Below, piece by piece: positions 37,116 to 49,816 of a stretch of 64,000 bases of DNA. Both the position numbers and the translations under genes were made by a program. Under the pieces are notes generated by a model. It searched no databases and was not told the origin of the DNA. It was given only the letters and a program-made list of their open reading frames with translations. Origin of the DNA: Octopus sinensis (Eukaryota); assembly GCF_006345805.1 (NCBI RefSeq), contig NC_043021.1:24614001-24678000 (forward strand), written 5' to 3'. The first letter of the stretch is position 1; the number at the start of each line of letters is the position of its first letter.

Positions 37116-38223
37116 TGTTTCTTTATTGACCACACAGGGCTGCACACAGATGGGACAAGTTACAAGGTAGAGCTTTTCTTTTGGGGGATGAAAAAAACAA
37201 AAAACAAAAGAAACAAAAAAGGGGTGGCGTAGGTTTTCGATCAAGAGGGTTCGTAAAAGGGAAGAAAAGAACAAAAAAAATAAAATAAAAATAAAAAAAT
37301 AAAAATTAAAAAAAGAAGAAAAGGAAAAGGAACAAAAGAAAAGAGAAATGAAAAAAGAAAAAAGGGGAAAAAAAGGGGAAGAGGGAAAAAAACGATCAAT
37401 AGGGATCGTGTATCACAGTGTTATGATATATGATGTAAAGGGGAAAGCAAGTAAGGTTTATCCGTGGGAAGAAAAGCCTACGAAAAAGACCACGGTAACC
37501 TTGGTCAATATTGTTATATGTTACCACATTTGTTTGCAAGTGGGTAACCCTCTGTTTTCAATTTCTGGGTTCATAGGATTATGCTCAAGGTGGCTTCGTC
37601 ATTCATACGTGCCATCCTTGCTACATTCACCCATCTTTTTTTAAAACATTCGCTAGACAAAACTAGACAAAACTTGCCTCTCTACTCTCACTTTCCTTTT
37701 CAAGTGGTACTTGAAGAAGTTGATGAGAGATTGACCAGAGAGGAAAGTGTTTGTCTCCAATACTTTCAGACGCGTCCACCAGATACATTCTTTCGCCATA
37801 GCCACAAGGATGATGAAAATAGCTCTTCCTTCCCGTTTGAAGGAAGGAGGTGTGACAATATTGACGATAGACTCGGCTGATAAACCGACATGTCCCACAC
37901 GTGACAGCAGTCGTTCGACATAAGCCCACAGGTGGGAAATTGTTGGACACTGCACGAGTGCGTGCAGAACGGTTTCGTCGCTCTGACCGCATCTCGGGCA
38001 GGCCGGCCCCGTGTTTCTCGTGCCGTGTCTGTAGAGCTTATCCCGAACGGGTAGCGCTTCTCGGTAGCACTGCCAGGCCAGAGATCTCTGGAAGTTGTCC
38101 ATGGGCCCTGGCCCGAAAGTCGTCCCGAACAGGCGGGTCAGGTACTCCTCGTCGACGTCCAGGTTCGCCCCGAGCTCGTCGTCGTACCTCCCCTCCACTA
38201 ATCCCCTATAGAATGCTTTTGTT
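37116..38223 (-). mobile_element. 5'-truncated Tx1/L1-clade LINE flanked by (GATA)n on both sides
   Basis: Uninterrupted ORF 37653-38198 with CPRCGQSDETVLHALVQC...W (zf-RVT CCHC); long 3' UTR; AATAAA at 37122-37127 (minus); (GATA)n at 37019-37115 and 38224-38330. Confidence 0.85.
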
Positions 38224-38326
<103 letters not shown>

Positions 38327-38659
38327 GATAGATATATATAGATAAAGTTGTGAATACCTCTGTAAGTGTATGGTGTGCTCCTAGTTCACTTTTATTTCAC
38401 TCCAAATCAACCCGCATCACTTTTGTCTCTCATTTTTTCTTGTCTCATGTCGAAATCCTGTTTTTATACGACCAGTTACAAGCTTAAAGGGAGATCACTG
38501 TGTTGTAAGGTAGAGAAGTTATGTCCCTTGAAACTTCTATAAGTTACCGTTTTTGAGTGATCAAAGTTAGTTTAATTAACTTCTTTATTAATTAATGTAG
38601 GGAGATAGAATAGCTAATATATAAAATTATTAGGCACGGGTGTGGAAACATGATTGTAT

Positions 38660-39700
38660 AGGCTGGATTTCGCACCAGCAACAAAAGTAAATATATAAAT
38701 GCAGTTCTGAAAAGTGAAGTGTGCAACATTGTAAGAGTTGGCAGTGAGCTCCTCCGGAAGCACTCCCTTCTTGATGATCTCCTATACAGCCCCAGAAAAG
38801 CTGGGCTCTCTTACCTCAGAGAAGATCTGAATGGAAAGCACTCAGCAGACAATAAAAAGACTGTGTGTGGATATGCTGCCCGGAAGCTTGAGGAAGAAAT
38901 GGATACAAGACCACTACATCATATCACACTTTGAGGGCGATGTGTTTGCAATGCAGAAACAGGATATTGCCACAAAGTACCTGATGAACAAGAGAGACAG
39001 TGGTGCTCTTGTAATCACAAGGTGCACTGGCATGTGTAGGCTATGTCATGTTTATGTGGAAGTTATCATGCATGCGAGTAGCAGCTGTCCTAAAATGTCG
39101 TCTCGGTACAACCTCCCTGTGCGGCACGATGTTGTTGCTAAAACAATTTACAATGCCATCCGCAAAAAAGATTGTCCTGAATTGCAGAAAACTCCACATT
39201 CATAAACACAAACTCAAAGAATACTGGTGGAATATTCCCATCAAATCTTCTGCGAAATGTAAGCATAACAGGCCTGATATTGTTGTTTGGGACAGAGGAG
39301 GAAAGGTATGTACCATGTTAGAGGTCAGCTGCTCTGCTGATAGAAATATCTCTTTGAAAATCAAAGAAAAAGAGGATATCTATGGACAGCGGCTTCGAAA
39401 CTTCCAGCTTCTCTATTCAGACTATGAATTCATATTCATACCAATAATAATTGGAGCACTGGGTTTTGTTAGTAAATGCTTAAAGGAGAATCTGGATAAA
39501 CTGGGATTTTCAGTAAGAGAAATTGACTGTCTAATCCGTACATTACAAGTGCAATCTGTGAGTGGAACAGTAAAAATATGCAAGACTTTTCTCAAGTTCC
39601 AAATGTGAATTTATCTATGTTAACTACATCCCAAAAATGGAGCCTTGTATCTTTATAGGAAAACGATTCCCTCCTCAGTGGAAGATTTATAATAATTAAA
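38660..39700 (+). mobile_element. RLE-type (R4/Dong-like) LINE 3' fragment
   Basis: CRLCHVYVEVIMHASSSC..RHDVVAK, YWWNIPIK..HNRPDIVVWD...LEVSC..KEKEDIY, IPIIIGALG. Confidence 0.85.
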
Positions 39701-39711
39701 AAATAGAAGAA

Positions 39712-40095
39712 ACATACATACCTGTGCTGAACTATTGAGAAATGTGCAGTTACTCTGTCCAGATTACAAATACAGGTTTATACCTGTAATTACTGGGGCA
39801 CTGAGATATGTAACAGACTGCCTAACTACCAGTCTTGAGAAATTAGGCTTTTGAAAACCAGAAAGGAGAAAGCTAATTCAGAGACTACAGATCCAATCTA
39901 TCACTGGAACTGTAAAAATCTGTAAAACTTTCCAGAAGTTTATCATCTAAATATATATGAGCAGGTCTAGGTATGCAGCTATATTATGAGAATACATACA
40001 TAAAACAAAACATACAAATCTGCACATATATGAGCAGTCTAGGTATGCAGCTTATTATGAGAATACATACATAAAACAAAACATACAATCTGCAC
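39712..40095 (+). mobile_element. Second related RLE LINE 3' end with a duplicated 71-bp terminal unit
   Basis: ELLRNVQLLCPDYKYRFIPVITGALRYV...IQSITGTVKICKTFQKFII*; units at 39953-40025 and 40026-40095. Confidence 0.8.
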
Positions 40096-40198
40096 ACACA
40101 CATACATGCATACATACATACATACATACATACATACATACATACATACATACATACACACACACACTACATACACACACACACACGTACATACATAC

Positions 40199-40229
<31 letters not shown>

Positions 40230-40848
40230 TACGTATATACACATACACATACATACGTACATACTACACATATACATACACACATACATACACACACACG
40301 TACGTACATACATATATACATACATACTACATACATACAGTACATACATTACATACATAACACACACCTACATACTACATACATACATACATACATACAT
40401 CCATACATACATACATACAAGACACACACACACACACATCATACAAACACACATACATACATACATACTACACCACATACATACATACATACATACATAC
40501 AACACACACACCACATACATACATACATACATACATACATACATACATACATACACACATACATCCATACATACATACACCACATACATACATACATACA
40601 TACATACATACATACATACATACACACACAACATACATACATACATACATACTACATACACACTACATACATACATACATACCTACATACATACATACAT
40701 ACATACATACATACACACATAACTACATACATACATACACACACACATACATACATACAACATACATACATACATACAGACACACACACACACATACATA
40801 CATACATACACACATACATACATACATACATACATACATACATACATA
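40096..40848. repeat. About 750-bp degenerate (CATA)n tract
   Basis: Direct reading. Confidence 0.97.
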
Positions 40849-41792
40849 CGAGATGCTTCGTCTTTCATTTACTTGAAATCTTTCATTTTTGTTCCTTCGG
40901 CAATTTCATCGTTTCCTGATTCCCACATAATATACACACAACAAATTGTACGTTGATTAATGTTTACAATTAATAATAATCAGAAATTAATAAAGTCAGT
41001 ATTTTTTTTTTTCAGTTTATTCTTATGTTCTGAGTTCCAATCGAACTGAGATTAACTTTGCCTTCCGTCCTACCGTGTTCGATAAAACAAAGTATTGGTG
41101 TCGAAGGTATCGACTAACCCCTCCCCTCAAAACTCTTGACCGTGGCATTAAATCAGAAACCGTTACTAATAAACATTGTTAATTATAATGCTTTCCGTTC
41201 TTAATTCGTCAACATGTTAATCATAAAGCAATTACATATTATGCAACAGAGAAGGTATGTGATAAAACCAAATGTGACCACCACAATAATTTTACTCAAT
41301 CAAGACTATGATACCCTTATCAGAGGAATCTGAGCAACGCTTTCTGAGGATCCGAAAGAAAAACGACGAAGAATCGAGTGCGAAACCTCCCTCACAACTC
41401 GCCAATTTCTTCTATTTCCTCTCTCTTCTCTAATCTCCACAACTTCCCGCTCTCGTCCCACTCTTTACAGAATGTCGAGAAGTGTTGAAAATACTAAAAT
41501 GAACAGACTCTGATTGAACATGCTTTGATCAAAAGTATTTAAGTTGTTTATGCTGACGGTGTTTTGTGTACCCTGGACTACATTAACCAACATATCCTTT
41601 TTTTGTTTTTAAGGATATATTATGATTTAAGGGAGATTTGGTTAATCGACAACGCAGGGGCTCCCTCGCTGAGCCATATTATAATAAATTATATTATAAT
41701 AAGTTTGGAATGTTTTAGTACGGAAGTCAAAACTGCTGGCAAACAAATAAAATTACTATAATTGTTAGAATTAACCAGTGATATCGTATCTA

Positions 41793-42227
41793 GGATCTTT
41801 TCGGTTTGAACGGCAGTTTTTTCTAGCGGTGTCATATGAAATTGTCACCCATAATTTTGACCCTAGTATCGATCTATTGCATTTCAATCTGTTTTAGGGT
41901 TAGGGTTAGTTAGGGTTAGGGTTAGGGTTGGGGGAAGGGTATCTTTTTTTTCTTCACAAATGTAAATAAACCCAATCTGTTTCTTAAATGAGGGACATAT
42001 TCATACGGCACAGAATGTTTTTTAACTCAATGGACATCAGTGATTGGTTGAAATTGCAGAAATTGAAGAAAACAAACAAACAAATATCTTACAAACTATA
42101 GAATTTTCTCAATAAAGCCAAGAGAAAAAGATGTTTTATAAACACATTCTACCAGTATACGAAATTTAAAATTTTTTTAATTACCTAGAAATTATGTTAA
42201 AAACTGCCGTTCAAACCGAAAAGATCC
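41793..42227. mobile_element. Merlin-like MITE, copy 2 (opposite orientation to 2328)
   Basis: Same 29-bp TIR; different 8-bp TSD CGTATCTA (41785-41792 and 42228-42235); internal (TTAGGG)n. Confidence 0.85.
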
Positions 42228-44046
42228 CGTATCTAAATCCCTAAACTCTAATTATAAAACCTACGAACATTTTTTCCAGCCAATCATGATTGACGTTAGT
42301 TTTTTGAAAGGCAATAACAGCAAACAGAAAACTTTAGTTTACGCGCTTAAAAACTTCATGGAACATTCTAGAATGTTTTGGCGAATTTATAAAAACTGCG
42401 CCGGTCAACTGTGAATAGGGACTTTTCGCCGTCTGCCGATCACGTCTCTCAGATTCAGAGTATTTTCATCTCTCAATTTCTCTCTCTAAGAGATTATTCC
42501 TGTTGAAAGCGACGATTGTCTCTTAAACTTTTGACAATTTCATTATTTTTTGATTAACACATAATAACATGACTGCAACGAGTTGTATATTAAAAGTGTT
42601 TATTGTTATTAAGAAATATTGTTGAAGAGATAAATAAATATTGTTGAAATAATACATGTTAAACATAACACAACAAAAAAAGAATATGGGTGTCACAGAG
42701 AAACATTTAATAAGAATATTTACTGAATACATAAGGAAAGTTTCACAACCAAATTCAGTTCAAGCAATATTTTCAGTGAATATTTTACTCGACATTTTCA
42801 ATCAAAATTATTTTTCTGCACAATTACATATTTATTATATAAATATATTCCTATTTGATTTATTTCATCCAACATTAAGTCAGTTCATATTGATGAACTT
42901 CGATGTTTAATTAACTGGAAAAGAACGCAATTTAGAAAAATAAACAGTAGAAAGCGTTTTAAAAAAGAAAGAAAAATATATATAAATAAAGAGACTCACA
43001 GTTACTCACTCTCAGTGACACGCGGCACCAGGAGCACGCGGCACCAGGAGACACGGCTGTTCTCTTCTAAAAACATTTGATACAACCCAAAACACTCACA
43101 ACATTGGAATTATACCAAAAGGACAGAACGGCGGATGATTGCAAAGCCGCAACTCTAGAACGGCCTCTTCCCTCGTTCCACCAAGCATTTGAAATTCCAA
43201 CGAAATGGAACAGCAGTGAAAAGAAAAACCTTCATTGTCAGAGACACGGCTCACGCCCAACTTTTTCAAATGTTACAGGTTGAAAAATTATTTTCTATGA
43301 ACTCATCCAGCAACATGTTATCCACAATAACATGTAGCAACGATATTCTGGGGCTATTTCGATGAAACATTATTAAGGGACATGCCCAAATAATGGAATT
43401 GTCAGTTCACATTTGCAATGTATATTTTGCTGAGAACTCCACGTAACTGTCTTTTGCCCCGTAAGCCATTTATGGCACTCCATACTTTTGGAGAATACAA
43501 ATTTATTATTCTTTAACAAGAATAGTATCGAGTGTGGCTTCGAAGTTACAGTCAACACTATTCTTAAAGAATAATGTATGAGTGTATCTATATATATATA
43601 AATATGTATGTATGTATGGGTGTGTGTGTGTGTATGTATGTATGTTTGTATGTATGTATGGGTGGGTGTGTATGTATGTATGTATGGATGGATGGATGGA
43701 TGGATGGATGGATGGGTGTGTGTGTGTATGTGTATGTATGTATGGGTGTGTGTATGTATGTATGTAAGTATGTATGTATGCATGTGTGTGTATGTATGTA
43801 TGTAAGTATGTATGTATGCATGTATGTGTGTATGTATAAATATTTTTTTTAACAGCATGACTTGAAGCAGATAAAGCTATGAGTAGCAACTTGTAAAATG
43901 TTGCGTTAAAAAATCTCTTGGATGGGAAAAATGAACCCACATCTTCCGTGAACATGACAGACGTTCTACCATTATACCAAAACAACCCGACGCATTGGAT
44001 TTCCTCCATTCGCTTTGATCTTACCAGTTAGAATTGTTTAGAAGTG

Positions 44047-44206
44047 TTTACATCATAAGAATTTAGAAACTTCGAGAGAATATGAAATAATTTTTCTTAA
44101 CAGTGGGACTCGAAGCAGATAATAGAATATAGCTCTACTTCGAGTTCCAACTCGAAAAACGATTTATTTCATATTTCTTGAAGATTCTAAGTTCTTATGA
44201 CGTAAA
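44047..44206. repeat. Imperfect 160-bp palindrome
   Basis: TTTACATCATAAGAATTTAGAAACTTCGAGAGAATATGAAATAA pairs with TTATTTCATATTTCTTGAAGATTCTAAGTTCTTATGACGTAAA; inner stem GGGACTCGAAGCAGA / TCTACTTCGAGTTCC. Confidence 0.85.
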
Positions 44207-45118
44207 TAATGTGTGTGTGTGTGTGTGTGGGGGGGGGGGGGTGTGCATACAAGCATATATACATACACACACATATATTAATGTTTGTTTATATATGAAT
44301 TTATAACAAGCGATTTAACATTAAACCGAAAAATCATTCAACACTTTTTGGTAGAGTATAAATAATTTTTTTTACTGAGAAGCGATTGATAGTGACTTCG
44401 GAGTCTCGGCTTATCAGCCGTCATCACACAGTTCGTGTCATGCTCAACCTATTGTTTGTATAGCACGCGTGGGCGCTACACACACACACACACACACGGA
44501 TATATATATTCTTCATATAGGGTTAAGAATATAATCCCTTTAATGATTTTATCAAGTGGACAGCCTGAAATAAAAACTTTATAGGTAACATTTTATACTA
44601 AATATATAATTATATTAAAAGGTGCGGGCTGACCACACCGACACGCTATAAATAGATGCCAAATGGCTCTAAAAACCACTTATATATATATACTTATTTA
44701 TGCTGATCTGACATAAGCAACCACTCACGCAAACACAACCATAGACACACACACATACATACACACACACACTTTATCTTTCTCAGAACATACACAAAAG
44801 ATAAGTTTCGCGTGTTTATACCGTTTCATAGAAATGCTAGATCCAGTAATCTACGCCAAATACTGCCACCAACAGCTGCGCCTAAACAATCGATCCATTA
44901 TTCATCGAGAGATTTCCAAAGTCTCTACTGTGTGGTCACCTTAACAAGCTGTTATTCTCATTGTGCTAGAAAGAGTTTCACAACCAGTTTTAAATATACG
45001 TGCAATGGATGCTTTTTTGTATTTCTTTCCCAGATCTTTGTGTCTAGTTTGAAAACAGTTGAAACATTGTCCCTTCCGAGTCCTCTAAATGTTTTGTATA
45101 TTGCTGACTGTTCGATAG

Positions 45119-46462
45119 TCAGAAAGTCTCCGACATCACCGTAAAGAAACAAAATGTAATCAGAATTTCCAGAAAGACAATCACACAACTGACATAGAAA
45201 AGGTAGTAATCCAAAATATCGCAAAGTTGGCGCCTGATCTCAAGACTATCGGTGATTCTGGGTTTGTCATTGATGTTAGATTCATGGACTCCGGCTACGA
45301 TTTCCGGAACGTCAGATTTCCCCGTGTTTTTAAGCAGGGGTAAAAATAAACTGCGGGTCATGTTAACAAATGAAACCAAAGTTGCTCGCTTGTTTTTCTC
45401 GTTGTTGGAAGAGTGAATTCGCTGCAAGAAGCCACCCAAACCGAATGGGAAAGTAAACGGGTTTCTGTGGCAGTGTCTGACCCGAGTGATGAAACAGGAG
45501 AGCATGAAAGTCAGAATGCATTGGATTACATAAAGAATGACAAAGACGGCCAGAATTGAAACCTGGCCGGCGCTGTGCGGTAGTATGCTGCTGAAACTGT
45601 TCATGAAAACAGCGAAAGAAAGAATAAGAACATTGGAGAAGGATATTTTTTCGCCAGAGTCAACTGGTATCAAAAAGACGAGTGTTGTACAGAAATACAT
45701 GAGAAGCAATGGCGATATAACAACGAGCATGTAATAAAGATAATTACGTTGGATAGTGAAAAAGAAATAGATTTTACTGGCGCAAACGTCGCTGGAGACT
45801 TTTTCGTTCATTTTCGCTTCAACCTTCAGCAGACGCCAACCATCATGAATGCTAAAGTGAGACATATTGTATGCGTTATCAGGGTGTACGTTGATGCACA
45901 CTCTGTTTTCTATGTCGGCCAGAGTGGAGAAGACTATTTCACAGACTTGTGTATCGAACGGAAAGTGAGATACTTTGATGCGACAATGAGTCGTGTAGAC
46001 GTCCGTACTTTTCATGTAGGTATTTCCGGTATAGTCGATTCGTAACAGCTGTGATACCATTGTGAAAGCATTAACGGCGTTGATGACCATCAGTGGCGGC
46101 GTCCAGATGGAAGTAGATTTCAGAACAAGATGTTTAATTCCTTCGTGTTTTGAAGGATCCCACGTCAAAATTTCGTCTGTCCACTGCTGGAAAATCGAAC
46201 CTTTTAAAGAGAAGATTTCATTTTTCTCGTCTATACTGACGATATAGTCGAGATAAAAAGTCACAAACAATTGAATATGATCAGTTGAATTATAGATGGG
46301 TCTGATCTCACTGTCGTAATCCTTCATTAGTTCTTTTTTTAATCGGATCTCTGGGGACAATTTGCTTCCTGAACAGAGAGTAGACTGTATCGACAATGTT
46401 AATGCCAGCAATAGAAATGATAATGTTGGTGACGGCGGAAACAGCGACGTTCGGTCGGCCAT
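45119..46462 (-). CDS. Intronless atypical nicotinic-receptor-like Cys-loop ion channel subunit (cephalopod chemotactile-receptor-like), 447 aa
   Basis: ATG at 46462 gives a signal peptide (MADRT...LSFLLLALTLSIQSTLCS); DYDSEIRP, WTD..L.WDP, Cys-loop CRIKVSHFPFDTQVC (45941-45985), M1 to M4, GEK motif; no vicinal Cys in loop C; no stop codons or introns. Confidence 0.92.
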   Translation of the reverse strand: MADRTSLFPPSPTLSFLLLALTLSIQSTLCSGSKLSPEIRLKKELMKDYDSEIRPIYNSTDHIQLFVTFYLDYIVSIDEKNEIFSLKGSIFQQWTDEILTWDPSKHEGIKHLVLKSTSIWTPPLMVINAVNAFTMVSQLLRIDYTGNTYMKSTDVYTTHCRIKVSHFPFDTQVCEIVFSTLADIENRVCINVHPDNAYNMSHFSIHDGWRLLKVEAKMNEKVSSDVCASKIYFFFTIQRNYLYYMLVVISPLLLMYFCTTLVFLIPVDSGEKISFSNVLILSFAVFMNSFSSILPHSAGQVSILAVFVILYVIQCILTFMLSCFITRVRHCHRNPFTFPFGLGGFLQRIHSSNNEKNKRATLVSFVNMTRSLFLPLLKNTGKSDVPEIVAGVHESNINDKPRITDSLEIRRQLCDILDYYLFYVSCVIVFLEILITFCFFTVMSETF

Positions 46463-46650
46463 ATTGATAGGAAGAGACTCAGTTGGAAAGGAATGGTGTA
46501 AGAATGAAAATATATTGAAAGAAACGAAGAGATGAAGATAGACGAGCGACAGGATGCTGGAGAAGTTTGGAAAGTGAGACACATCGATAAATAGCAATAA
46601 ATATATAACAGCTTCCTGCAGGAGCTTCTTTTTGATTGGATAAGAAAGAA

Positions 46651-46686
<36 letters not shown>

Positions 46687-47079
46687 AGAAAGAAGAAAGA
46701 AAGAAAGAAAGAAAAGAAGGAAGAAAACAAGCAAGAAAAAAAGAAAGAAAGAAAGGAAAGAAGGAAGAAAACAAGCAAGAAAAAAAGAAAGAAAGAAAGG
46801 AAGAAAGAAAGAAAGCGTAGATAAGTAAACAAAAAATTTTAAAAAAGCAAGTATATGAAATAATTATCTAAAGATTAAAAAATCTCGTGATGGTGGTGTG
46901 GGGGCGGCCGATAGAGAAAGAAAGATAAAGAGATTGAGAGAGGGAAGGAGGAGAAAGAAAGACACGGGTAGGTAAGTGGGGTGGTAGAGAGACAGACAGA
47001 CAGATAGAATCGGGTGGCTATTGATGGAGAAGAAAGAAGTGTATTTCTATTGATTCGTTAAGTTTTCTTGTACGGCGGA

Positions 47080-47300
47080 CAATAATGGCGTTTTGTGAAT
47101 AATGGCGTTTGTTGTTTTGTGTTGAGACAGTAAGTTGTAGCTTCTGTCGCTGCTCTTTAGATCTGTTTTAATCAACTTAATGCAAACACTTGACCGGAAA
47201 AACACGAAGAGACAAATTGTCGTAAATGCGGCGGCGGTGGCGGTGGCGGCCGCAACACGGCGCCACTGGATGGCGGGGGGGTTACACGTGACGTGATTAT
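47080..47300. promoter_or_regulatory. Candidate upstream regulatory patch of the receptor gene
   Basis: Locally CpG-rich; two AATAATGGCG (YY1-like), CACGTG overlapping TGACGT at 47285-47294; 0.6-0.8 kb upstream of the ATG. Motif-level evidence only. Confidence 0.25.
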
Positions 47301-47527
47301 GAGGAACATTGCTGTCATCGTCTTTCTCTTTCTAATCATCCCCACCATCGTCATCATCGTCATCATCTTCAATGTCGTCGTCGTCGTCTCAACATCATCG
47401 ACATTGTCATAAAGGCATATTGGAAATGAAACACGAGAGTAGAAATGGGAAATTATGGCGTTCATGCCTTTCCACTCGGCATTAATGACAGAAGTGAACT
47501 GACATCACTGACAATGTGAACTGACAA

Positions 47528-47559
<32 letters not shown>

Positions 47560-47644
47560 TAGATGGGTGGATGGATTGAAGACAATCCAGGAAAGTCAAT
47601 GAGGTCAATTGCAAATAAATTTCGTGTATCAGAAAAAAAAACAA

Positions 47645-48480
47645 TCAGAAATGTTGTGCTTGAAGACATCAGATTCTATAAATCTTAGGTTGTGAGGAGA
47701 GGTCAATCCATGGCAGAAGAAAACAAAAGAAAACCGTTTAATCAGATCCAAAAGACTTTTGAACAAACTTAAAAATCCATCAAAAGATGGTGTGATTTGG
47801 TTTTTCTCAGATGAGAAAAACTTTGAACAAGACCAGAAAACTAACAGAGGAAATAACAGATAGCTATGTGCAGACCCTTCTGAGATTCCAAGAGTAATGC
47901 ACACAAAACTTTTTGCAAGTGTCGTGGGTTTGGGTGTTGTTAGCAATGAAGGACGTGTGATGCCTCCTCACTTTTTTTCCACAAAGCCTTAGGATGAATT
48001 GCTGCGTATATTGAAGTTCTGGATAAAGTTGTTAAGCCTTGGATCAACAATGCATTCAATGGGAGGCCTTATATCTTTCAACCAGATTCTGCATCGTCAC
48101 ACAAGGCTCAAACGACACAAGAACAGATGGCCGACAATTTGCAAGATCACATCACCCACAACATTTGGCCTCCTAATTCCTCCAGATCTCAATTCACTGG
48201 ACTATTATGTATGAAGCATCGTTAAGAAAAACGTCAATGAACACCCCCATAGCACCAAAGATTCTTTGAAAGCCGCCATAGTTCGAGTCATGTCTGATAT
48301 GAACCACTTAATCCGAGCTTATAAACGATTTCGACCCCGCGACGAGGCAGTTATTGATGCTTATCGTGGTTTTATTGAATGAAATAATCAACTTGATAAT
48401 TTATGCTATATCAGTTTTTTCTGTTATTAAGGTTTATTTTTAATCAAAAATATGTCCTCAAATACCGTCCATACCCTGTG
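47645..48480 (+). mobile_element. maT-type (DD37D) Tc1/mariner transposase relic
   Basis: WFFSDEKNF, GVVSNEGRVMPPHFF, YIFQPDS...IWPPNS-PDLNSLD (37 residues between the 2nd and 3rd D after repairing one frameshift); right TIR-like ATACCCTG. Confidence 0.85.
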
Positions 48481-48875
48481 TATAATATGTATATTTGCGT
48501 GCGTGTGTGAGAATGTATATATGGATGCATGCTTGTATGTATGTATGTATGTATCTATGTATGTATGTATGTCTGGTACGACTTTAAACTACATCCAGTT
48601 GTGGCAACCTGGTTCGAGGGTTCCCCTGTTTTGAGGAGCATCAAATCACTTCATAGCCACTATTTTTTCCCAAGAGAAATGGCACAGTTCTAAACCAAGT
48701 TCCAACAGTGAACAATGCCATCGTTGCCCCCCCCCCCCATCACCTATCTTGGAACTATCCCTGTTAGGAGTGACGAAAGCCATACGGTTGCAGACATCCC
48801 GGGAGATACCAGGGTCTGAAACGGGGAAGGAGAAGCAGCGTTCAGACCCAGGCCGAAGGCCATGAGGCCCGCTGG

Positions 48876-48939
<64 letters not shown>

Positions 48940-48955
48940 TACATACATACATACA

Positions 48956-49073
<118 letters not shown>

Positions 49074-49077
49074 ATAA

Positions 49078-49307
49078 AAGGCGAGCTGGCAGAGACGTTA
49101 GCACGCCGGGCAAAGTGCTTCGCGGTATTTCGCCCGTCGCTATGTTTTGAGTTCAAATTCCGCCGAGGTCGACTTTGCCTTTCATCCTTTCGGGGTCGAT
49201 AAATGAAGTACCAGTTACGCACTGGGGTCGATGTAATCGACTTAATACCTATGTCTGTCCTTGTTTGTCCCCTCTGTGTTTAGCCCCTTGTGGGCAGTAA
49301 AGAAATA
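49078..49307 (+). mobile_element. SINE family A
   Basis: Same head, core and tail as 3296. Confidence 0.9.
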
Positions 49308-49816
49308 TATATATATGACGACTATGAAGACGATGGCGGTGCAGGTGGCACTGGTGTTGCATATGGCAATAACAACAGCAATTCTCTTATTAACAATGCG
49401 AGTATTGACCCAATTATTTTCTCTTTATGTTTATTTCCAAATTTATTTAGATTAATTTTCAAACGAAACCTTGTTTTGTTTCCTTCTCTCAACACGCAAA
49501 TCCGTATCTCATCACGCACACACATCCGGCATACACCACAACGCCAACAACGGCCAACGACAACAGCACAATACTGTAATCCACATAAGACCACCACCAC
49601 AAAATACACGTTCGTGATACATCATTATCATCGTAATCAATGTCGTCGTCATCATCATCATTCATGTGACTCTAAAACGCAACCGTCAACAAGTCCAAGC
49701 ACATTAGCGTCCAGTTTCATATTCAATGCATTCAGTTCACATTTCTCACAAATAATTTTTTATAAGCATTATATGCATGTTTGTATATGTATATATGTAC
49801 GTACGTGTATGCGCAT

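Noticed and set aside
43070-44020. Possible exons downstream of the receptor
   Set aside because: Plus-strand frames after the TTTTAACAG acceptor hit stops quickly; a CIFC..H....C..W remnant suggests a decayed L1/Tx1 fragment, too weak to call.
46463-46774. First 104 aa of the 551-aa ORF as part of the receptor
   Set aside because: Derived from (TTTC)n and begins at TTG; a proper signal peptide starts at ATG 46462.
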